Source of the DNA: an uncultured archaeon
GTDB lineage: Archaea > Thermoproteota > Bathyarchaeia > Bathyarchaeales > Bathycorpusculaceae
Assembly (NCBI GenBank): GCA_963782915.1
Contig: CAWALK010000018.1
Location: 128,001-192,000 of the forward strand
DNA: 64,000 bases
Direction of reading: 5' to 3'
Below are positions 22,501 to 32,065 of the stretch, piece after piece (the first letter of the stretch is position 1; each line of letters starts with the position of its first letter). The notes beneath the pieces are model-generated. The model worked only from the letters and a program-made list of their open reading frames with translations, was not told where the DNA came from and made no database searches. The position numbers were made by a program, and so were the translations under genes.

Positions 22501-24817
22501 TTAGCGGTGTGGTGGTGGAAAGGGTTTTTTTTGCTTTACTGGGGTATAGGGTCTCATCATTTCATTATCTTCATGATCAACGATGTGGCAGTGCCAGACG
22601 TAACCTGGTCCAGTCGTTGCGTCGAATTGAAACTTGTCTTGCCCTGGTTTAGCCTCATTTATGTTGAGGTCTTGTGGTGCGAAGCGAACAACAATGCGTG
22701 ATACTTGTCCGGGCATCATTTTCAACATGTCTTTCCAGCCGGATTCCCATGGGGCAGAGGCTGGGTTGGTCCTTGCAGGAACGGTGTAACATCGGGGTTT
22801 CCTCCGATGGCGCCTGCTTGGTTTGGGGTGAAGTAGGCTTTTGGTGGCCCATAGAAGGGTACGAATGTTCCTGAGGGGAACAAGCTATCGTAGAGTGCTC
22901 GGTAGCCGTTTGGGTCCACTTCGTCTGTGTCAAAGTTGACTCCGAAATTGTAGTCTTGGCGGTTTAAAAGTTGGTACTGGACAAGATGTAAATGGATTGG
23001 GTGTGCGTCCACTGTTAAGTTGATAATGTCCCATTGTTCAGTTGAGCCTACGGTGGTGATTCAGAAAGGTATCTTCCATCAACCAATAGGTAGTCTTTGT
23101 TAGGTCTGTTGCTTGCATTTGTTCCGTCCCATCTTGTATTATTTAGTATTGGCGCTATTGGTCCTCCTTGGCCTGGCATTTCGATTAAAGTAATCATTCG
23201 GTATTTGTTGATTTTGACTTGTTTAGCATCCGCCTTTTGCGTTGATAGTCTAACTATTGGTTCGGGTGAGTTACATTTTCCGCCTCGTAAGTGTTGCATA
23301 CTTGGTTGCTGGGTTAAAGCTTGTATCTTTGCGTCCTGTAATGGTGGTTCCGACTTTGAATTTCATTATCTGTCCGACTGTGTTGAGGAAAGCTGCGCTT
23401 GTTGCTGGGCCTGGTCCAGAATCAGAGCCGGGTCCTCCGCCCCATTGGGTATGGCGTGGCTGCATCGTTGGTCATGATGATCTCTTTTCCTGCGACACCG
23501 CGAAGTCAACGATGATGTCTGCACTTTCGCCCGGTGCAATGAACAGTTATCGACAGGACGGGTTTGTCTAGTAAGCCTCCGTCGCCGCCAATGACCCAAA
23601 TTTGACCCCTGGAATTTTGAGGTTGAGGAAGCGAGCGTTACCTCCATCCACGATTCTGAAGCGGTATCTGCGTGGTTCGACGTTTAGATATGGCCATGAT
23701 TTGCCGTTTACAAGAATTATGTCTCCGAAAAATTCTGGAATCCAGAATGGATGCACATTGGGGTTTGGTGGTCCACCATTAAATCCTGCTCCGTCTGTTG
23801 GTTGATTGGATGTCACTGCCGTTCTGATTCTCCGGTGCCATCAGGGAAAAGCAATTGCCCGTTGGTGTCAAACATTTTATCTTGGATGGCTAATTCGATT
23901 TCTTATGGTCCTGCTGGAAGTTTAAGTCCTTTTACTGGTATCCCAGTGTCGTATTGGTCGCGGATGAAATAGAATCCTACTAAGCCAGAGTACAGGTTGG
24001 TGCTCGTTGCTCCTAAAACGTGGTCATGGTAGAAGAGTGTGGTTGCTTCTTGGCCATTAGGGTAATAGTATTTTTGGGTTGTTCCCGCTGTCCAAGCTGG
24101 TCCTCTTAATGTGTAGCTTTGGTAAACCATGCGTCTGGTCCTCCGTCTGATGATCATGGTACTTCTCCGCCATGAAGGTGGGTAACGACTGGAATTGGTC
24201 CTCTATAGGGTTCAGAGGTCCCTCCGGTTGCTGTCCAGGTATTGCGTTGGGGTTCAACTGGTTCTGTGGGTCAGCCCAATGTATAGTTTGGTCAACGGTC
24301 ATGTATTGTTGTAGTTTTGAGGTAGTGTTGTCGAGCTGTTGACGTAGGTGACGCTGAGTGGATCGTTCCGTTTTGCTTCAATGGTAAAAGCTGGATAGAG
24401 AGGACCAGAGGTAGATAAACCGTTATTTACGGCATAACCCCAAACATATGTGCCATTTTTATAGGGTCACTTAAAGCGTTGTAGAAGCTGGGCAAGATTT
24501 TCTCTTGTAACTCAAGGTTGTCGATTGTTAAATGCTTATGTGCCATTGCATTGACTCTTGCGCCAACAAAAGTCGGAATGGATCAATCCATTTGGGAATT
24601 GTTAAGCCGTCGACTGCTGTTTGTGGCACTAACGCTGATACTGTACTCACTAACGGTATGGAGAAAGCCAAGTTGTGCCCTAATTAATTTAGACTTATCT
24701 AAGGCTCCGATTGTCGGAATTCCTACAGTTAAGCCTATTACCGCTGCTCCGCCTGCTATTGCACCGTTTGATGAATTTACGCCTAGAAATTTTTTTGCAT
24801 TCTTCTTCTTTTGACAT
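22501..24817 (-). CDS. Tat-exported multicopper oxidase, CotA/bilirubin-oxidase type (many indels)
   Basis: N-terminal MSKEEECKKISRRKFIK; FYHDH, HPIHLH, YVWHCHIVDHEDNEMM; PRRYRFRIV. Confidence 0.88.
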
Positions 24818-24892
24818 AAAAAGCCCTATAAGTTTTAACTCAATTTTGTATTTACGGGCTTGTTTCAATCAAAGCGAACAAACAATCCCCTG

Positions 24893-25783
24893 TCAGGGCT
24901 CTTTTCTTAGGTGCGCCATTTGCACAAGCTCCTGTAGCATTGTTTTGCCATCTTTCGAGTTAGTCCATGCGAGGTTGAAGAAACCATTTAGCATCCGTAC
25001 AAGCTCAGGATGATTGGTCCATATAGCGTTTTCTGGCACGCCATGCTCGTTGCCGTTTAAGCAAATTAGCACTTCTCTACCATCAATAATCCCCAAAGGC
25101 ACAATGTCAATGGGTGAAATATGACGTAAATCGCAAAACTCCAAAAACCGCTGTGCCGCCACTGTGTTATGCGCATCGAATTCTGTTATCGCCCGAATAT
25201 TCACGTGTACAGCTGTTTTTTTGGCTAACGAATCGTCTGCACCCTCAAGGATCCAACGCATTATATCGTTGCCTTTGACGATTATGTCTATGTTTTTTTG
25301 GGCGGAGTCATAGAGCATTATGGCAAATTTGTAAACGTTTTTTGTGCCCTGAATAATCCTAAAAGTATAACCTTTAGGGGATAGTGGAAAATCTGATATT
25401 TCAGCCCATTTCTCCAGCAACAGCGGCCGTTTACTTTCCAGCTGCACGATGCGGTTTGCGGCTTCCTGCTCCAGCAGACTTATGGCATGCTCAATCTTGA
25501 GCGGTGTATAGCGGCGGGGGCGTTCAAGGGAAATCTCTACAAGCCCACGGTCAAGCAGGCTTTTTATTGCTCGATATGTCTGGAGCCGATTGTATTGTGC
25601 GGCACTTGTTATTTCGTTGGCGTTTGCTGAGCCTAGTCGGGATAGGGTGTAGTAGATTTTTGCTTCTCTGACTGTTAAGCCGAAGTCTTGAAGGTAACTA
25701 ATGATCGATGTAGAGGCTGCGCCTTTCTGGAGGCTGCTTATCTCTTTGGCGTTTTTGCTGACGCTCAAACGGCTCTGTTGCAT
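24893..25783 (-). CDS. TrmB-family transcription regulator
   Basis: LQDFGLTVREAKIYYTL wHTH; IIDGREVLI..WTNHPELV. Confidence 0.9.
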   Translation of the reverse strand: MQQSRLSVSKNAKEISSLQKGAASTSIISYLQDFGLTVREAKIYYTLSRLGSANANEITSAAQYNRLQTYRAIKSLLDRGLVEISLERPRRYTPLKIEHAISLLEQEAANRIVQLESKRPLLLEKWAEISDFPLSPKGYTFRIIQGTKNVYKFAIMLYDSAQKNIDIIVKGNDIMRWILEGADDSLAKKTAVHVNIRAITEFDAHNTVAAQRFLEFCDLRHISPIDIVPLGIIDGREVLICLNGNEHGVPENAIWTNHPELVRMLNGFFNLAWTNSKDGKTMLQELVQMAHLRKEP

Positions 25784-26031
25784 AAATGTTTTCTGCCCTC
25801 AACTGCCAACGTAAAAAACTTGTTAAAACGGCAAGCCTAAGCTTGCGAGTCCACATCAAATGGTCGTTGAAAATTATTTTAAGGTATGTGGTTGGGCGGT
25901 TACAGCCACAAGCGGTTTGGGGGCTGTTGTTTTGTTGGTCGAGTGGTGATCTGTATTGGTGATTAGTAAGGCTTAATTGGTTAAGCAAGTCGTAAGTAGC
26001 TATAAACAAGTAACAATACATAATATGATTT

Positions 26032-28029
26032 GTGGGGGAAAACAAGCAAGCTATGACTATACAACAAGAAAACACCTTCGAAGGCGTAGTCATAGATGCA
26101 ACCACAAAAGAACCCATAGACAAAGACTACCTGATAAAAATCCTAAAAACCCACCGAGTAAACACAACCACCATCGAAAACTCCAACACCCGACTCAAAG
26201 ACGCAATTCCCGCCCTACGCAAAGCCAAAATCAATTTACCCGAAACCTTCTACAAAGATTTATCAAAAAAACTTTGCATGCCGTTTATAGAGAACTCAAA
26301 AATCAAAAAAATCTATGAAGAAGAACAAAGAAGCAAACTCATCTCAATCCTGCCATACCCCATCATAAGCAAATACAAAGTCATACCACTTGAAATCAAG
26401 GGATCAATTATCGATTTAGCCGTCGATAACCCCTTAGACCGCAAAGTGCTAGTGGCGGTTCAGTACCTATTTGCCACTTACAAGATTAATCTGTGTGTGG
26501 TTTCTTCGCAATCGATTGATTGGGCAATAGATAACATCTATCGAGAAATCCACAAGAAAAACGCGATGCTTGACCTCTATAACCGCACACCCAACCAATC
26601 CGCATACCGCGTGCTCTATCCAAAACAGAAGTACTTCATAATCGCCGCAATTACCGTCTTCGCTATAGCCGTTATAGTAAATTCGGCGCTCACTTTTATG
26701 GTGCTGTTTGCAGCCATAAGCATCGGCTACTTCATAGTTAACCCCATCAAAATCTACATTTCTATTCGCGGCTTCAAAGGCGGCAGAGCCCCAACCCGAA
26801 TCACCCGCGGCGAAATGGAATGGACATGCGACGAAGACTTCCCCATGTACACCGTATTAATCCCAGTTTTTCGTGAAGCAGGCATACTAGCCCAAAACAT
26901 GCGCAACATGTACCACCTAAACTATCCAAAAAACAAGTTAGACATAAAAATCCTCATGGAAGAACGCGACCAAGAAACAATCAACGAAGCCAAAGCATTG
27001 GGGCTGTTTGGGTCACCCACAAAAATGGCAGAGGGAATCCCCAAAGAAGAATACGCTGAATTCCTCAAACTATTTGACCCCATAGTTATTCCAGGAGCTA
27101 AAGTCACGACTAAGCCGCGGGCATGCAACTATGGCTTGCTGCGGGCGAAGGGCGAATTATGCGTTATCTACGATGCCGAAGATAACCCTGACCCAGACCA
27201 ACTTAAAAAAGCAGCCATCGTATTTCTGCGCTTACCAGAAGACGTAGTCTGCCTACAATCAAAACTAAACTTCTACAACGCCGACGAAAACATAATTACA
27301 AAATGGTTCAGCATTGAGTATGCTAACTGGTACGAATTCTACCTTCAAGGATTAGACTGGATAGAAGCACCAATCCCATTGGGTGGCACAAGTAATCATT
27401 TCCGCAAGAAGGGGCTTGACGAATTGGGCAGATGGGACCCCTACAACGTAACTGAGGACGCAGATTTAGGAATAAGGCTAGCAAGGAAGAAGCTAAAGAC
27501 GGAAATGATTGACTCCTACACATACGAAGAAGCCACGTTGACTGCGAAGAGTTGGGTAGTTCAAAGGTCGCGATGGTACAAAGGACACCTACAAACGTAC
27601 CTCGTCCATATGCGTGAACCTAAAAAGCTCTTCAAGGATTTAGGAGCTGAAAAATTCCTCAAACTACAGTTAACGTTTGGAACAGGGGTCTTCATACCGC
27701 TCATAAACCCAGTACTCTGGGTATTGCTTGCATTGACATTGGTAGCGCCCATGTGGTTTGGCTGGCTTATCCCCAGTTATCTGCAGCCGCTTTGCCTCTT
27801 CAACCTAATCGTAGGCAACCTCTCATACATAGCAATCTATGTCGTCGCATGCGTCAAACTCAAGAAAAACCGCTACATTCCCTATGCATTGGCGATGCCT
27901 GCGTATTGGGCGCTTTTGAGTTTTGCAAGCTGGAGAGGCTTCATCCAACTCATCAAAAACCCGTTCTACTGGGATAAAACCAGCCACGGCGTCTCTAAGG
28001 CTGCATCGGCAAATAAGCCTGCAACTTAG
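26032..28029 (+). CDS. GT2 glycosyltransferase with N-terminal T2SS-E/MshEN-like domain
   Basis: KYKVIPL..LAVDNPLD; TKPRACNYGL, IYDAED, LGGTSNHF, NVTEDADLG, QRSRW. Confidence 0.9.
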   Translation: MGENKQAMTIQQENTFEGVVIDATTKEPIDKDYLIKILKTHRVNTTTIENSNTRLKDAIPALRKAKINLPETFYKDLSKKLCMPFIENSKIKKIYEEEQRSKLISILPYPIISKYKVIPLEIKGSIIDLAVDNPLDRKVLVAVQYLFATYKINLCVVSSQSIDWAIDNIYREIHKKNAMLDLYNRTPNQSAYRVLYPKQKYFIIAAITVFAIAVIVNSALTFMVLFAAISIGYFIVNPIKIYISIRGFKGGRAPTRITRGEMEWTCDEDFPMYTVLIPVFREAGILAQNMRNMYHLNYPKNKLDIKILMEERDQETINEAKALGLFGSPTKMAEGIPKEEYAEFLKLFDPIVIPGAKVTTKPRACNYGLLRAKGELCVIYDAEDNPDPDQLKKAAIVFLRLPEDVVCLQSKLNFYNADENIITKWFSIEYANWYEFYLQGLDWIEAPIPLGGTSNHFRKKGLDELGRWDPYNVTEDADLGIRLARKKLKTEMIDSYTYEEATLTAKSWVVQRSRWYKGHLQTYLVHMREPKKLFKDLGAEKFLKLQLTFGTGVFIPLINPVLWVLLALTLVAPMWFGWLIPSYLQPLCLFNLIVGNLSYIAIYVVACVKLKKNRYIPYALAMPAYWALLSFASWRGFIQLIKNPFYWDKTSHGVSKAASANKPAT

Positions 28030-28721
28030 TGATGCCCATTTTCAGTGGTGGGTGGGATATGTTTCCATATTCTTTTTCTTACAAACACAAATGAGGTAAT
28101 GCTTGTGACAAGCACCGTGACTAGGAGTATAAAGTTGGCTAATGTAACCCATTCGGAGACATTCATCATTGCGTATAGGATGGCTGCGAAGAGGTAGAAT
28201 GAAACTGCCCCTGTAACTGCCTGTGCAACAATGAGGAGTCTTGGACCTTTTAGTGCTTTAGCTTTAAGTTTATTCAGCCCCGATTCAATTCTTCTCGACA
28301 CATCAGGCAAATCATCTAAAACTAAAGTGAGACCTCCAAGCAAAAAGAACCTGCCAGTATTCACTTCCATAGATGTGTTGTTAACCAAAAAAATCGTGCC
28401 CAAAGGCACAGGCGTGAATGTTATAACGTAGAGGGAAGCGCAGACTAGGACTAGGAAGCCGTAGAAGTAGTGGTGAAACAGGAACCGTCCGGTGTGCAGT
28501 TTGCGGCCGACCAATGCGCTTGGGAAGACGTTTATGGCGGCTGCGGCGATGACTACCCAGAATACGATGCCGCTGTATAAGTAGGGGTAGAATGGTTGCC
28601 AATCTGGGAAGAACCAGTAGAATCCCGCGATGATGCCGGCAGCGCAAGCTATGGTTAATAGCGCATTGAAGACTAGGGCTAAACTGAACATTTTTTTGCA
28701 GAGTATCCATGCGCGACCCAT
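28026..28721 (-). CDS. multi-pass membrane protein
   Basis: About 6 TM; HTGRFLFHHY and LDDLPD polar motifs. Confidence 0.75.
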   Translation of the reverse strand: MGRAWILCKKMFSLALVFNALLTIACAAGIIAGFYWFFPDWQPFYPYLYSGIVFWVVIAAAAINVFPSALVGRKLHTGRFLFHHYFYGFLVLVCASLYVITFTPVPLGTIFLVNNTSMEVNTGRFFLLGGLTLVLDDLPDVSRRIESGLNKLKAKALKGPRLLIVAQAVTGAVSFYLFAAILYAMMNVSEWVTLANFILLVTVLVTSITSFVFVRKRIWKHIPPTTENGHH

Positions 28722-28910
28722 GCAACATCCCTTCTAAATCAATGAAAACCCAGAAGAACGCTCCTATGGGATTTGAATGTTATGTATTAACATATGTGGC
28801 TACAACAAGAAATCACTGAGAATCCAAATACAACCGTTTGATTCGCGCAATTAGAGTTACTGTTTATTTGCGCCAACATACCCTTAAAAGAAGAAAAAAG
28901 CAAACAAATC

Positions 28911-29714
28911 TTGTGTTGCTTCTTGACTAACAATTTAGAAAGAAACGTCCTTGTTGCCGTATTAGTTGTTATTCTTGCAGGAGGAGTTATCGCTGCCGGA
29001 GTCTACTTTATCATATCAAACTTGATAACTTACACCCAAACTTCCCCGCCTACCACGGTTATGCCGGCACTGAATTGGGGAGGATACGTTGTTGCTTCGG
29101 ATTTGCAGAATCCCCAAGCCGTAGTCGCGGGAGTTAATGGTTCATGGATTGTGCCTTCATTAACGGATATTGGAGCCGACGCGTTTTCGGCAGTTTGGGT
29201 TGGCATCGGCGGACAATACAGCAAGTCTTTAGTTCAGATCGGAACGGAACAGGACTTTATCGGTGGCGTAGCGCAATATTCCGCTTGGTACGAAACTTTA
29301 CCTAATGAATCCGTGACCATCGATTCTATGCAGATATCACCCGGCGATCACATGCAAGCAACCGTCGTTTTAACCGACCCAACCAGCAACCTATGGGCGT
29401 TAAATATTGCGGATTTGTCCACGGGTCAGACTTTTCAAATCAATGTAGCCTATACTTCGGATCAATTGACTGCTGAGTGGATTGTTGAGAGACCGGACGT
29501 TAATGGTGCGGTGAGTGTGTTGGCGGATTTTGGAAGCGTAACTTTTACGAATTGTACAGCAAACCTTGGAAGCTATGGGGCTTTAACTGATTTTCAGAAT
29601 GTTAAAATTGTGATGGATGCTCAAGCGGGGAATAATCGGTCTGTACGGTTAGTTGATGTTTCAGACCTCGTTAACCAGGGAACGGGGTTTACGGTTAACT
29701 ACTTAACAGGATAA
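28911..29714 (+). CDS. membrane-anchored G1 (eqolisin) glutamic peptidase
   Basis: NWGGY, WVGIGG, LVQIGT (catalytic Q), WYE, AEWIVERP (catalytic E). Confidence 0.9.
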   Translation: MCCFLTNNLERNVLVAVLVVILAGGVIAAGVYFIISNLITYTQTSPPTTVMPALNWGGYVVASDLQNPQAVVAGVNGSWIVPSLTDIGADAFSAVWVGIGGQYSKSLVQIGTEQDFIGGVAQYSAWYETLPNESVTIDSMQISPGDHMQATVVLTDPTSNLWALNIADLSTGQTFQINVAYTSDQLTAEWIVERPDVNGAVSVLADFGSVTFTNCTANLGSYGALTDFQNVKIVMDAQAGNNRSVRLVDVSDLVNQGTGFTVNYLTG

Positions 29715-29774
29715 ACAAACCAGTTTAAAGAATTTCATAAAAAAGGGGTATTAGGATTGAATGCTTTGAGGTTG

Positions 29775-30518
29775 CTATGTATTTGGAGGCATGTAGGTTG
29801 CTGTCCCATCAAGTGTCAGCGTTCCAACGACTTCTACTGGGGTATTGGGTATCCACATTGGAATCTGAACACGCACCCAAGCAGGGACATCGGTATGCGA
29901 CATCTGTATAGTCCAACCTGAATATTGCGGCTTGGGCAACACAGTGGTTTCATTATGAGCAAAAGGTGCACCTATGGGGCTAAACATCAAAGTCATCGGT
30001 GGAATAGTAAAATTGCCGCCCAAAGCTGCTGGAAGGGTAACGTTGAATGAAGCAGTCAAATTAGCCCAAAGTACATCGCCGTCCATGTATACCTGAAGTT
30101 GGTCAGCTGTTGGTACGAAATAGTTCATCAATACCGGTGGCGTCCAGATTGGTGTGCCATTTACTACACCTTTTATCCAAGCAATTGCAGCGGGGTCAGT
30201 GTTAGTTGATAAGATCGCGACTCCAACGTACTGGTTCAATGATGGTACCCAAATAAAGATCTGCATTACATCGGGACCGCCAAAATCAGATTTTGGATCC
30301 ACCGCTGTAACGGCAATCCTAAGGTTAACTGGGTGACTAGAGTTTGCAGTGGGGGGTAACTGGAGGTTGACGTTTCCGCCGTTGGTATAGGTTACGATTT
30401 TCGATGTGGTTGTTGGTGTGGGGGTTGGTGTCTGCGCGAATACCGCTGCTGAAATTGAAGTTGCCAAAAGTACTGCAAGGAACGCTGCTAGAGTTATACG
30501 TTTTCTCAAAAATATCAC
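29775..30518 (-). CDS. secreted hypothetical protein
   Basis: Signal peptide ending AVFA-Q; GGAGGTGA SD, so the real start is probably the TTG at ~30509. Confidence 0.75.
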   Translation of the reverse strand: MIFLRKRITLAAFLAVLLATSISAAVFAQTPTPTPTTTSKIVTYTNGGNVNLQLPPTANSSHPVNLRIAVTAVDPKSDFGGPDVMQIFIWVPSLNQYVGVAILSTNTDPAAIAWIKGVVNGTPIWTPPVLMNYFVPTADQLQVYMDGDVLWANLTASFNVTLPAALGGNFTIPPMTLMFSPIGAPFAHNETTVLPKPQYSGWTIQMSHTDVPAWVRVQIPMWIPNTPVEVVGTLTLDGTATYMPPNT

Positions 30519-31032
30519 CTCCCACGTTTATCTTTCAGTTTCTAGCTGAATCGAATAAGGATTTGAGGAGAAGAACTCGCCTGCATTTTTTTGTGGCGCT
30601 AGAACCATGCATTTTTTGCAAGATTCAGTAAGGTATTGGAATATTAAAGAATATTTTCAACCGTTAAAAATGGTGTTTGATAACCGTATCTTTGTTTTTT
30701 ACCGCAAATATGAGGATATAGGAAGGTCTTTTTACAGGGAAGGAGTCGGGCAATGCCCGTTCCTCCATTTTGTGTTACCATTGATTGCTTGTCTGCTTAG
30801 AATTTTTAAGTATCTTTACCTTCGCCCGTTTTTTAGTTTTAGCTAATCTAAGCAACTTTTCTCAATTGCAACAAAAAACCCGATTTTTGATTGCAGTAGA
30901 TAGCCGCCACCAACCAACACTAAAAAAGCAGCAGACCATTACAAAACTGTTTACTTCTGTTCTCGCGACTGTTTGCAGCATTTATCCTTCTCACAGAATT
31001 TTTGTGGCGATTTCTAGAAAAGGAGGCGATAT

Positions 31033-31935
31033 ATAATAACAAAAAAATGGCCATTCATTTTAGCAACAACATTTCTCTTACTATTATGTTTCTACATTCC
31101 TACAAACACAAAAGCTCAAACTCAATCATATACCAAAACAATCTTTAGCACAGCGGATTCATACGTGGATTCCTCTAATCCCGATACAAACTTTGGTACC
31201 CTAAACAGAGTCAACGTCAGCGCTAATAACATACAAGCGTATTCTTACGTAAAATTTGACTTAAGCAGCTTACCTGCCGATGCCGCCATTACAAATGCGA
31301 CGCTTCAATTTTACTGGATTGAAAAAGGCGGATTTGTGTATTATTCTCCTCCCGACGCAATCGGTGCCTACTACTGTGCGGACAATTCTTGGGGAGAACA
31401 GTCAATTACTTGGAATAATAAACCCGCTTTTGGTTCCAGTCCAACTAGTGTGTGGTCGACTGTTAGTATGCGTATATACGAGGGGTATCGGTCATGGGAT
31501 ATCACACAGGACGCTAAAACCGCATTGCAGTCAAGGGGTTTAACTGAAGTTTTAAAGTTCTCTGTTAAAAATGGTGAGGACGGCTATATGGTGTTTCGAT
31601 CCAGAGAGAGTGGATATGGCGCAAAAATAGATATCGAATATACTTCGGCTTCGCCACCGCCAACACCTACACCAACGTTGACTCCGTCAACACCTACTAC
31701 AACTCCGATTCCGCCTACACCAACAACTCCCACTACAGACCCATCTATCAGTCCAACTCCAAGTCCATCAACACCCACCCCATCCACAGCAACCCCAACC
31801 GTCCACCCCCCAACTCCAACGCCAACACCCATTCCAGAGTACTCCATAATCGCTTTGATACCGCTACTGATTTCGGCACTTCTGATGGCTCTCTATATAC
31901 GATCAAAAAAGCAGTCGAAACGGGCTGAAGCTTGA
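31033..31935 (+). CDS. DNRLRE-like surface protein with Pro/Thr linker and IPEY-TM sorting tail
   Basis: DSYVDSSNPDTNFG..YVKFDLS..ITNATL..ITWNNKP; a signal peptide lies in frame upstream of the GTG at 31165. Confidence 0.8.
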   Translation: MITKKWPFILATTFLLLLCFYIPTNTKAQTQSYTKTIFSTADSYVDSSNPDTNFGTLNRVNVSANNIQAYSYVKFDLSSLPADAAITNATLQFYWIEKGGFVYYSPPDAIGAYYCADNSWGEQSITWNNKPAFGSSPTSVWSTVSMRIYEGYRSWDITQDAKTALQSRGLTEVLKFSVKNGEDGYMVFRSRESGYGAKIDIEYTSASPPPTPTPTLTPSTPTTTPIPPTPTTPTTDPSISPTPSPSTPTPSTATPTVHPPTPTPTPIPEYSIIALIPLLISALLMALYIRSKKQSKRAEA

Positions 31936-32065
31936 AAATCTCTGCGCTGAAGTCTGCTGTTTTCCCATTTTTCTTTCTATAATTAAGACAATCAGAAATC
32001 AAAAAATAGTTTGCTATGTTTTAACAAGAAAAAAGAAAAGAAAGGAAATTATTTTTTTGTTGTTT

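Noticed and set aside
31660-31830. DNA tandem repeat (also ~46050-46200 and ~58560-58640)
   Set aside because: These are Pro/Thr-rich linkers of surface proteins.
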